From an uncultured Nitrososphaeraceae archaeon (GTDB taxonomy: Archaea > Thermoproteota > Nitrososphaeria > Nitrososphaerales > Nitrososphaeraceae), in assembly GCA_963779615.1 (NCBI GenBank), contig CAVZZA010000003.1, positions 480,001 through 544,000 of the forward strand: 64,000 nt of DNA, read 5' to 3'. Positions 11,209-22,295 of this stretch are shown in pieces. The stretch's first letter is position 1, and every line of letters begins with the position of its first letter. A program made the position numbers and the translations under genes. The notes under the pieces were generated by a model. It saw only the letters and a program-made list of their open reading frames with translations. It made no database searches and was not told the origin of the DNA.

Positions 11209-11579
11209 AAAAAGATATTCAAATCATTTCAATTTATTTGTTGTAAAATAGTATAATTAGAAGAGGATTCAAATCTACTGTAAGGCATCATTAATAATTA
11301 AAACCATTATTTCCCCCAATGAACAAAGTCAAGTCTGTTGACAATACCGATTAATACTGCCTTAACCACTACAACTAACAATAATTTCTGCTGTCTATTA
11401 CTTTTTTAAAATATTTGCTTTTATTTCTAACAAAACAGTACATAGAATAACAAAACCGAACCGTCAAATCACCCAATTCCAAAAAAGTCCAAACGATAAG
11501 ATGAAGGAATGCAGAATCAACAATAAGTATTTTTATTTGATCCATTCATAATAATTTCTATAAACAAAACAGATTTAAA

Positions 11580-12193
11580 ATGGTTGAAGAAAATATTTGG
11601 AATAAAAAGAAATTAGGCTACAGTTATTATGATGATGGATCAAATGAGTTTGATAAAACAATTAATGGATATTATCGACTAATAGGTGGAGATGATAACA
11701 AATACGATAAGGAAACCAGCAGAAGATTGGCATCATTTGGAGATGAACTTTTAAGGAAAAGATCCTATGAAAAATTTACTACATTCAAGGCAGACCATGA
11801 TGACATGATCATAGGGAACCATTTGCGGTTATTTTCGTTTTGTGAACATCATTTACTTCCGTTTTTTGGCGAGGTCGCCATTGGATACATACCAGATAAC
11901 AAGATTTTCGGACTATCAAAGTTTCAGAGACTCATAGACAAAGTTTCCTCAAGGCCGCAGCTGCAGGAGAGACTGACATATCAAATTCTTGAGGAAATCA
12001 AAAACAGACTAGCCCCAAAAGGAATAGGAGTTGTAATAAAAGCTATACACACCTGTGTATTTGCCAGGGGGACCCAATCCAGTCCACAGCTGAATTTACT
12101 ACATCTGCAGTAGATGGCATATTCAAGGAAAACATAAACACTAAAAATGAATTTTTCTCCATAATAAATGCAAATGGAAGATTACGCATATGA
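11580..12193 (+). CDS. folE: GTP cyclohydrolase I (frameshift near 12080)
   Basis: SFCEHHLLPFFG, GLSK, QLQERLT and HTCVFARG motifs. The C-terminus STAEFTTSAVDGIFK...RLRI continues in another frame to TGA at 12193. Confidence 0.88.
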
Positions 12194-12334
12194 TTTCTAA
12201 CCGTCGCGTCTTCACCTGTTTTTTAAAAAGTTATTTTACAATACATGAAAACAGGTGTAGCATTATACAACGTTGGCAATCATATAATAAAATACGATAT
12301 ATTTTAATTAGATAGAGTAGCGAGAAATTTTAAG

Positions 12335-13191
12335 TTGATATCTGCAGCCAATACCAATGCCACCAGCAATAGCAGCAGCAGAAATACCCGGAGCAATGCT
12401 ACAGAGTATTTAGATTGGAATGACTCTTTAAATATACTAGATAAGGCATATAAACTAGGGTTATTTGTTTTAATTATCGGGCCTAAAGGCACAGGAAAAA
12501 CAGCCCTGGTAAGGAAATTTGCAAGTCAAATAAATAAAGAACTGGTTTCCATCAATTTTAGCCTTAGAACTAGAGAATCGCATCTGATAGGAACAAACAC
12601 CATTGACAACGGCCAAATAAATTTTGTGAATGGAATTTTAGTTCGATCAATGACTGAGGGCAACATACTCTATTTAGATGAACTTAATGCAGCAGAGCCT
12701 GATGTATTGCTAAGATTAGATGAAGCGCTGGATGACAGAAGACAAATAGTCTTAAAGGAATCAGAGGGTCAAACCATCATAGCAAAAGAGGGACTGGTTT
12801 TCGATAGGCACCATAAACCCATTGTCGCATGTCGGAACAAAAGAATTACCCCCTCAGATAATCAGCAGATTTCCAATCAGAATAATGCTGGATTACCCTC
12901 CAGAGGAAACAGAGTTGGAAATAATAAAAAAACACGTGAACTATGACTTTTAACGATGAAGAATTAATAACAAGTGCAATAAAATTGGCTAATAATTTAA
13001 GGAAAGCAGCATCACTTGAAGAGATTTTTTACAGCCCCAGTATAAGGGAAACCATAGCATTTTCAAAACTTGTCACCAACAATACCAATCCAAAGGATGC
13101 TGCGGAAATAGTATTTGCAAATGTATACCACCAGTGGGGAGAAATAGAATACAGAAAAGCGATGGACATTATAACTTCAATTTTCATTTAA
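12335..13191 (+). CDS. MoxR-type AAA+ ATPase (CbbQ/NirQ/NorQ-like), split by frameshifts
   Basis: Walker A GPKGTGKT and Walker B LYLDELN. An alternate frame near 12800 gives TINPLSHVGTKELPPQIISRFPIRIMLDYP; the C-terminal piece contains SPSIRETI. Confidence 0.85.
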
Positions 13192-13197
13192 TCGAGA

Positions 13198-14948
13198 TGA
13201 GATAAATTGTCGATTTTCTGGGAACTCAAATGAAAAAGGAAAAGGAAAAGAGGACAATAATAATAAGATCAGCAATGAAACAAAGAATGGCATAAAAACC
13301 CCGGATACTGAAATTGACGATGCTAGCATAAGAAACGATGTATTGATTAGAAATTTCAACTTTTTTGGCAAGACGATGGTCAAATAATAATAGCGTAATC
13401 TGTTCTAATATCACAGGAGAATAAAACTTATACAAATATTAGAAAAAAAGAAAATAACATTGCCCCAATTGGAATATTTTCATGGCAATACATTTCAAAA
13501 ATACAGACAATGGAGAACATTATTATGGCATGAATCAATGAGATTGAGGTATTCGTTTAAAATATACGATACTGACATAGCATTTGGACATATTTTCAAC
13601 ATATTAGAAACTAAAAGAGTGGAAATATTTGGGTCTATGACGAATGGAAAGGCATGATCAAAGAAATAATATATTATGAAGCATTGTCGGGCAACAACAA
13701 ACCTCTTTTAAATTCTCTTCATGGAAAGCAAAAATCATTGAAGCTTTCTCCCAGTTTTTTTTGACGGGTTTCATTAAAGGTGAAATTTATGGTGGAGAAA
13801 GTGAGAGAATACTAAAAGCCTCAGAGGATGCAAAAAACTTTAATAAAAGAATACGTTTCGAAAAATATGAAAACAATAAAAAAATTTTAACCCCACAGAA
13901 GACCAAAAATGGCTTGAAAGTGAGACAAGGCAAATAATAAGAATACTTACAAATAGATTCGTTAATGTCTATGCCTCCAATTCCCATCATCATGCCTAAA
14001 AACAAGATTGGCCTTTCAATAAGTCATGAGGAGGAGAACTTGTCAAATCAAATTGAGAAGATATTAAAATTAAAAAACAAGGAACCAGGATTAGAAAAAA
14101 CAAACAATGAAATAGAGCAAGGAAAAGACATAAAAGAAGAATTTAAGGCCATTGTGAAAGAAAGTAAAAAAAATGACAACAAAGGTTATGAGACTACAGA
14201 GAATCTTTCAATTGCAATACCAGAATATGATATGGAAATTGACGAAAATAAAATATATGATTTGATTTGATAAATAAAGCAAAAACAGCATTAAAAGAAT
14301 GGAAAACAGGATGGAAAGAAAAATATGATTACCAAGGTGAAGAATTAGAGATTGAAAATCACATAGAAAGACAGCCAAAAGTTTTCATAAATGATAAAAA
14401 GATTTCAATAAATGTTCAAGATTTCAATACTATTAGATCTTTCGAGCAGTATAGAGGATAACGAAATAGAATACAAAAAGGCAGCAGTGGCTCTTTGTGA
14501 AGGACTAGATTATCTAGGTATAAAATTTTCAATCTATGCATTTAACACAGAATCACGCGCTATCAAATGTTGGGCCATTAAACCTCAAAATGTTAGATGG
14601 GGATCAATTTATGCGAAAAGACTAATGCAGATAAAACCTCTAGGTGGAACCCCATTAGCTGAGGTTTATAAAATATTACAACCAACCATCAATTCTTTTA
14701 AGCCAGATATTTTTGTAACCCTAACGGATGGAGAACCTTCCGACATGGATGCAGTTAGATTAGCAGTCTTATCATACAAAAGATATGGAATAAAAATGAT
14801 AGCAATAGGTTTGGGATCGGATATAAATGATGCAATAGGTATCGGATATAATTTAAAATACCTAAACTATCAGAAAACTTTGACATTATCTAAAAAAAGG
14901 CTTCAGGATTTACCAAAAAAAGTACTTGGTTTGTTAACACTAAATTGA
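13198..14948 (+). CDS. VWA-domain partner protein (NorD/CbbO-like), broken into several frames
   Basis: C-terminal VWA with LLDLSSS, GGTPL and TLTDGEP. Upstream fragments include LWHESMR and FNILETKRVE. Lies directly after the MoxR gene. Confidence 0.75.
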
Positions 14949-14989
14949 GCACACAAGAGAGGGGGAAAACAAACAAAAAATAAATAATT

Positions 14990-15653
14990 AAAACCGTAAA
15001 TTTGGAAACCCTTTTTTCACTTTTTCCCAATCAGCCAAAAAACATCCAGGCCCTTATCAGTTAGCGAATGATGAATCATTTTTTGAAGTATTTCAGGTGG
15101 CAAAGTAACAACATCAGCACCCAATTTTGCAGACTCGATCACATGAATAGGATGACGGACACTGGCAACAAGCACCTGTGTGGATATATCGTAGCTCTGC
15201 AAATATCTGTACAATATCACTGATCAAGGTTAATCCATCATGACCAATATCATCCAACCTGCCAATAAACGGACTGACGTATGCTGCACCAGCTTTTGAA
15301 GCAAGTAATGCTTGATTTGCTGAGAAAATCAGGGTCACGTTTGTTTTGATGTTTTTTTTAGTTAGCGCATTGACAGCCTTTAAACCTTCACTAGTCATTG
15401 GAATTTTCACCACGACATTATCCCCATAATTAGCAAGTTTCAACGACTCCTCCATCATTTCATCAAATCCGGTTGCAACAACCTCCAGACTAACAGGGCC
15501 ATCCACAAGTTTGACAATTTTCTTCATTGCGTCAACAGGATCACTATTTTCTTTGAACAGAAGAGTAGGATTTGTGGTAATGCCATCCACTATACCAAGT
15601 TCAAGGTATTTTTGTATTGATTCAAGATTAGCCGTATCCAAAAATATTTTCAT
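14990..15653 (-). CDS. tal: transaldolase / fructose-6-phosphate aldolase (frameshifted)
   Basis: MKIFLDTAN, GITTNPTL, VVKIP and YVSPFIGRLDD; VLVASVRHP...GADVVT continues in the second frame. End coordinate approximate. Confidence 0.9.
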
Positions 15654-15656
15654 TTT

Positions 15657-16628
15657 CTATCGCTTTTTTTTAGATTCAATCACATTCTTTACTATTTCTT
15701 TTGGAGACAAGCCAAATTTATCAAATAATTGGTCTATTTCATCATCTCTTGCAGATTCACCGAATATATCACTATACCTAATTTTTTCACAAAAGTTGGG
15801 CAACACTCAGAGGTAACTTCAGAAATAGAAGAGCCTAATCCGCCTATAACACTGTGCTCTTCCACCGAAACAATAGGACCAGTTTCTTTGACACATTTAT
15901 AGATAAGATCCCTATCAATGGGTTTTATAGAATACATATCAACAACCCTACATGAAATACCATGTTCTTTTTTTAATATATCACTAGCATTTATGGAAGA
16001 GGACACCATTGTACCGCAAGATAACAAACTCAAATCGTTTCCATCAATTAGTATGTTCCCCTTTCCGATTTGAAATTCAGAACTAGGAGAGTAAATTTCC
16101 TGAGTTGATGGGCGTGCCAACCTAACGTAAAATGGACCATGTAATATCCGCTATTTGCCTTATCAGATTTTCAACCGTGATAGAATCAGAAGGAACTAAA
16201 ACTTTTAAATTTGGAAGAGATCGCATTACAGAAATATCCTCTATTTGCTGATGGGTGGCACCGTCGGGTCCTACAGATAAACCGGCATGGGATACCACAA
16301 TTTTCACGTTAAGGCTTGGGTAACAAATTGCATTCCTAATCTGATCCAAACATCGGCCCGGAACAAAAGCAGCATAGGTGCTTGCAAATGCAATTTTTCC
16401 CGCGATTGCTAAACCTGCAGCTATTGAAACCAGGTTAGCTTCTGCTATTCCCACATTAAAAAGCCTATTAGGGTATTTTTCCCCAAATGCTTTTGTTTTT
16501 AATGATTCAGTAGTGTCACCACCGACACAAACAACATTTGGATTTTCACCTCCCAACCTCACCAAGGTTTGTCCGTATGCCGACCTCATCTCAGAAATAC
16601 GTATATCATTACTCAAAGAATATGACAA
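15657..16628 (-). CDS. tkt: transketolase C-terminal (pyrimidine-binding) subunit (frameshifted)
   Basis: NVGIAEANL, VGPDGATHQQIED and VEEHSVIGGLG spread across ORFs 16122-16628 and 15734-16120. Confidence 0.88.
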
Positions 16629-16677
16629 TATTATTTACCCACGTTTGCTGTAATGGTTTTTAAATCGCCGTTTATAA

Positions 16678-18296
16678 TTATTTTTGTTCCCATAATTCTT
16701 TAACCACGCTATACCGATTTAGAATACTTTTTCTGTTTTTTATCCAATCTTCTTTTATGCCAAATGAATCTGATTCTCACAATAACTCTTTTTCAAGAGT
16801 AGAATCCAATAAATATTTTGTATTTTTGATTGTTTCAATAATATTATCAGAACCAAAAATAGCATTCCCCATAACAAAAATCCTACAACCAGCCTCATAA
16901 CAAGCGGATATAGTTGACAAATCAATACCCCCATCAGCTTCAAAGTATCCCCCATATCCATTTTCCCTAAGTCTCGGTATCATGCCTTTCATTTTATCCA
17001 GAGATGAGGGGATAAACTTTTGGCCCGCAAAACCAGGATTGACTGACATTATTATCATTACATCCAAACAATTGAGATAGCGGTATACCCATTCTGGCAA
17101 TTCGGTATTTGGGTTAATTGCCAGACCAGGGCTTACACCACTAGAAATTATCTTTTTATGGATTTTTTCAAATTCCGATTCATCCTTACAGGCTTCAACA
17201 TGAACAGTAATTATATCACAGCCTGCATCAATATATGAATCCAGAACAGCATACGGATTGTGCACCATAAGATGAGCATCAAACGGCAATTTAGTAATCC
17301 CACGTAGTTTTTTTATTGTATCGTGAAAAAATGTTGTATTGGGAACAAATTTTCCATCCATAACATCAAGGTGAATCATATCACAGCCGAATTTTTCAAC
17401 TACTTCAATTTTTGATTCAAAACTCTCCTTACTCCCCCCTGCAATAATTGAAGGCGCAATCATATAATCGCCTTCCAACTCCTTTATTAATACCGGAAGA
17501 TGTTTTTTGGAAGGCGCCCTGCCATGCCACTGGGGGTTATTTGCCATATGTTTGATTCCGTTTCCTTTTACAGTATTAGCTATTATCATTTTGGGTTTTC
17601 CCGAAGGCTTTGTTTTGAGCTCGTGTATTAGTTGTTCTATCCTATGACCATTTATTTCGACTACGTCCCAGTTAAAAGATAACCATTTATCTTTAACGGG
17701 ATCGATAGGCATGATATCATCGGTAAATCCGTCTTGCTGGATTCTATTCCTATCCAATATAGCAATTATATTGTCAAGCTTAAACTTAGCAGCAGCCATT
17801 GCGGCTTCCCATATCTGGCCTTCATTAACTTCCCCATCACCTAGCAGACAATAAATCATATTATTTTTACCATCAAGACTGTTTGCAAGACCGATACCAA
17901 CAGAGATTGACAAGCCTATTCCTTCAGATCCCCCAGAATACTCTATTCCAGGAACACTGTGATGTTTTTGCAATTCACTATATCTAACAGGATGTCCCTG
18001 TAATCGAGAATTTAATTTTCTTAATGTTTTTATTTCTTCTTTTGGAAAGGAACCAGATATAGATAACGTCGCATAGTAACCAGGAGCAGAATGAGCTTTA
18101 GAGTTTATAAAGTAATCACGGTTTTGAAAGAAAGGGTTTGCGATATCCACATGCATAATTTGAAAATAAAGAGATCCCATGATTTCCGCAGCAGAAAAAG
18201 AAGCGCCGGGATGGCCAGAACCAGCTTCAGTTATCCCTGTAAGGCCAAAATTCTTGCTTCTTTAATTTTATTTTTAATCGATAGAAATCTACTCAT
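16678..18296 (-). CDS. rpe: transketolase N-terminal (TPP-binding) domain fused to ribulose-5-phosphate 3-epimerase
   Basis: GSGHPG, LQGHP and GDGEVNEG, then in the same frame IAPSI, HLDVMDGKFVPN, DAHLMV, MSVNPGFAGQ and EADGG. A frameshift lies near 18238 and an in-frame TGA at 16777-16779. Confidence 0.85.
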
Positions 18297-18322
18297 AGTT
18301 GTGCATCTTTTTACATTCACCC

Positions 18323-18735
18323 TTACCATATCATAATACCACAGTGACAATCAAACAACAAAAGAGAAAAAAAGAAGCCATTTTTATTGCAATTATGCAT
18401 TATGGCATCTTTATCAATATCTGACAAGATTGAATCTAAATCATCACTGGTCAGCCCTACACCCATTCTTGCATCCCTTCTACTTTTAATAGATTTGTTT
18501 GAAAAACTGATTAGAGTAGGTACAGCAGTAATATTATACTCTATCCCACAAAGGATTGTCATCATCATTTAGTTTAACTCCCCCAACCAAAATGTGAGGA
18601 CTTGCTTTTTTTTCAGCTCTCCTCAAAAACTGGTATAAACCGACTGCAATAAGGACACCAATCGGCATAGAACATGACAAGGGAATTTGAATTGTTTGTA
18701 AGCAGGTCCACCTCGTCCAAACCATAATCTTTCAT
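18323..18735 (-). CDS. thioredoxin family protein (frameshifted)
   Basis: From ATG 18735: MKDYGLDEVDLLTNNSNSLVMFYADWCPYCSRF; later frame YNITAVPTLISF. The true 3' end is uncertain. Confidence 0.8.
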
Positions 18736-18875
18736 ACCACATCTATCATCAAAACAATAATTAAAAAATATTTATAATTTATTTCAAGAACAAAATTCTC
18801 AGACAGAAAAGAAGAGGATGATGATGACAAAGAAGAAACCAAAAGAACAGCAACACAATAATATATGCTGAAGAA

Positions 18876-20280
18876 TTATCCGGGAGCCCTGAAATCAGGT
18901 AGCTGAGGGAGTTTGAAATCAGGTAGCTGAGGCAGTTTGAAATCAGGCAGTTGAGGCAGTTTGAAATCAGGAAACGGGGCATAAGGATTGTTGTTTGGAC
19001 CAGAAGGTGACGAGGAAGAAAGGTCATCCTGCAAAGACAATGTAGGCCTGGGGCTAAGTATAGATGTCAATTTTAATATCTGTCCATTCCTATTAACAAC
19101 CAAATTAATTGAATCTCCTACCTTTTTATTTATATCCAAATATGATATAACATCATCTATTCGTGTCACAGGCACATTGTCAACACCAATAAGAATATCT
19201 TTGTCGATAATTTGTTGACGCCCGTCCCTAGCAACCTGAATAGTCATGCCATTCAGTCCAGCTTTGTCTGCTGGTCCATTTTTTACCACATTATCAATTA
19301 CTACACCTTTATAATTTCGAGTAAGTCCAAAACTTTCAGACAAGTCAGGAGTCAGTTTGAATCCGGAAATGCCAAGCCAAGGATGTTGATAAGATCCGCT
19401 TTTTATCAATGAAGGAACTATCCTAATCACATCATTGGAAGGAATTGCAAAACCAACTCCGGCATAAGCGCCCGTATTTGAGAAAATCGCAGTATTCATC
19501 CCCACAACATCCCCATTTAAATCAATCAAAGGGCCACCGGAATTTCCAGGATTTATTGCAGCGTCTGTTTGGATCACATTAGGAATGGAATATCCCGAGT
19601 CGGAATTAGGCAATAGCCTGCCAATCTGGCTTACAATTCCAAAAGTTAAGGTGTTGTCCAAACCATAAGGATTCCCAATAGCAAGCACAGGATCACCTAC
19701 CTTTAAATTTAGTTGAATTGGAAAACACTACAGGTACCAGGTTTTCCTCAGATGGATCAACTAATTTGATTACTGCAATGTCTCCATATGGGTCTGCCCC
19801 AACTAATTGTGCAGAATACGTATTCCCATCGTTAAATGTAACTATAATATCAGTAGCAGAACTAACAACATGATAATTTGTTATAATGTAACCTGACTTA
19901 TCATATACAAACCCAGAACCAAATTTTGCAGGTATAGGACTGTTAGTGCCGGTGTCAAAAAATGGATTGGACGAATCGGCAGACCTGTATTCTGTGGCAA
20001 TTTGAACAACTGAATCCTTTGCCTTGTTAAATACACCATTTAGCACAGAATTGGCACCGTTACCAAACAACCCCAAACTCTTTTGTGTTGAATTTTGGCC
20101 ATATACACACAAGGAGTTTACGGAAACACCTGATATCAGGAGCAAACTAAAAAAAAACGTCATGTTCTGTTTATTGTTAAAAAAAATAAGCATCATGTAA
20201 CATAGCATCATTTTATATTTATGTTTTAACATGTTTTTAATAAACAGCATAACATATAAGAGGTTAAAAAAATTCACCAA
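18876..20280 (-). CDS. htrA: HtrA/DegP-family serine protease with PDZ domain (frameshift near 19700)
   Basis: [34 protein letters not shown], a PDZ segment (WLGI...GPADKAGL) and a C-terminal PDFKLPQL repeat. Confidence 0.9.
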
Positions 20281-20335
20281 ACGAACAGAACTACAAAAGA
20301 TAAAAGATAGTTACGTATAACCTGATCATAAAATA

Positions 20336-21091
20336 ATGTCCATCACAAATGAAAATGATAATAATATAGTAACCATAAAAAACTTGGATTTGAAGAGCAA
20401 TTCAGACATTATTTTAGATGACATTTCATTTGAAATTAATAAAGGAGACTTTTTGGGAATAATAGGGCCAAATGGAGCCGGAAAAACCACGCTTTTTAAA
20501 TGCATGCTAGGACTGAATAAAGATTATTCAGGAACAATAAAGATTTTCAACAAAGAGATAAAGAAAGACTTTAAAAAAATATATAAAAAGATAGGATACA
20601 TACCCCAATCCAACAACTTTGATCAGAGATTTCCCGCGACAGTAAAGGAAATAATACAATTCGGCACGATAGGGAAAAAGGTCGATAGGGAAAAAATTGA
20701 TAATCTTTTAGAATTAACAGGCATTTCAGAATACCTCAATAGGAGAATAGGAGACCTATCAGGAGGTCAACAGCAAAGAGTCATGATAACCAAGGCATTA
20801 ATCCATGAGCCCGAACTTTTAATACTAGATGAACCCGCTACAGCTATTGACGCAAATATATTAAAGTTATTCTACAAACTATTAATAAAATTAAACAAGG
20901 AAAAAAATATAACAATAATTTGGTCTTCGCACGATCTTGATGCAGTTAATCTTCTATCAAACAAGGTAGCATGCATTTACAAGAAACTATTATTTCACGG
21001 TCGATCTGAAGAATTTTTTAGCGACGAAAATAACTTAAAAAAATTTACAGAATCAGCAATGCATATCCACATTAAGAGTCATCACCACTAA
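20336..21091 (+). CDS. metal (Zn/Mn) ABC transporter ATP-binding protein
   Basis: GPNGAGKTT, IGYIPQ, LSGGQQQRV, LILDEP, SHDL and a His-rich tail. Confidence 0.9.
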   Translation: MSITNENDNNIVTIKNLDLKSNSDIILDDISFEINKGDFLGIIGPNGAGKTTLFKCMLGLNKDYSGTIKIFNKEIKKDFKKIYKKIGYIPQSNNFDQRFPATVKEIIQFGTIGKKVDREKIDNLLELTGISEYLNRRIGDLSGGQQQRVMITKALIHEPELLILDEPATAIDANILKLFYKLLIKLNKEKNITIIWSSHDLDAVNLLSNKVACIYKKLLFHGRSEEFFSDENNLKKFTESAMHIHIKSHHH

Positions 21092-21193
21092 CCTTAACAG
21101 ATATGGCATCAAAACAATTGAACTTGAAGAATGAAAGAATAAATAATAAAGTCGCTAAAACACTGAAGTAATTGTAAAGGATAAAGAAAAAAC

Positions 21194-21793
21194 TTGAATG
21201 AGGAAAATGTCAATGAAAATAAAACAGGAAAAACAAGAAGCATTACATTTAGGTTGGAAAGCTCTATAATCGAGGAACTGCAAACAGAGGCAGAATACAG
21301 AGAAACATCATTAAATGTTCTGATAAATCAAATATTACGCAGATATTCAAATTGGGAAAGATATGAAAGCAAAATGGGTATGATACCAATTCCGAAAATA
21401 ATGCTGTCTAGCATAATGGATGAGGTAATCAAGATTGGCAAAGATGGCGGAATTGAAGATGTTGCGAATTTTAGAAATAGACTAATAAAAGAACTTTCTC
21501 AAATAGCATTTGCGTTTTTGAAGGATTCTGTATTACTCATAAAAAAAAATTACAACCTATTAGTTGTTTTAGAAGTTTTGGAGCAATATATGAAGGTAGT
21601 TGGCATTAATTCGGACCACAGAATTGAGGATGACGGTAAACACGTTTACGTGATTCAGCACAAGCTGGGTGAAAATTGGTCATTATTCATTAAAGAATTT
21701 TTGATATTAATATTTGAAAACCTCGGCAAAGTTAAAGTAGACATTTCAAGCACAGAAAACACCACAGTCGCAAAAGTCTTTATTGACTTTTAA
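21194..21793 (+). CDS. putative ribbon-helix-helix DNA-binding protein
   Basis: N-terminal SITFRLESSIIEELQTEA...SLNVLINQIL fits the beta-alpha-alpha RHH pattern. Confidence 0.65.
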   Translation: MNEENVNENKTGKTRSITFRLESSIIEELQTEAEYRETSLNVLINQILRRYSNWERYESKMGMIPIPKIMLSSIMDEVIKIGKDGGIEDVANFRNRLIKELSQIAFAFLKDSVLLIKKNYNLLVVLEVLEQYMKVVGINSDHRIEDDGKHVYVIQHKLGENWSLFIKEFLILIFENLGKVKVDISSTENTTVAKVFIDF

Positions 21794-22295
21794 TTTTAGA
21801 CGCTCCACCACTATCAACAAAATTGACTTTCAAAATAAAAAATCAAGGACAAGCCAAAATCATAAACATAAAAAAGAGACTATTTTTTTAATTGTGACTT
21901 TTACCCCATAAAAAAAGGTTTTTTAATTTGGCTATCTTCAATGAATGACAACCAACCGTTTTTTTATGTATCAACGACAATGATATTATTTAGAGTATCT
22001 TCTTACGACACTTGCCAACGCATGAAGTTTGAATTTTGCAACCAAAAAAACTGTTTGGAATGTTTTCAGCAACATGCAATACTGTTATGATGCTATTGGT
22101 AACACGTTGAATTTTTTACATCAAGTACTAGTAAGGGAATAGATTGACAAAATAAGAAAATTCATTTTTATTGGAACACCATACAGTACATGTTAAAGAC
22201 AAATCCGGAAGGACTTGAAAAAAAAGAATTGGTTGTATATTCGGGTAGATATCAAATATCACTAATGGTGTTGCATCAAAAAAAAGAAAAACAGA

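Noticed and set aside
16777-16779. In-frame TGA as selenocysteine or programmed readthrough
   Set aside because: Not a redox position, no SECIS-like element seen, and it lies in the error-dense block.
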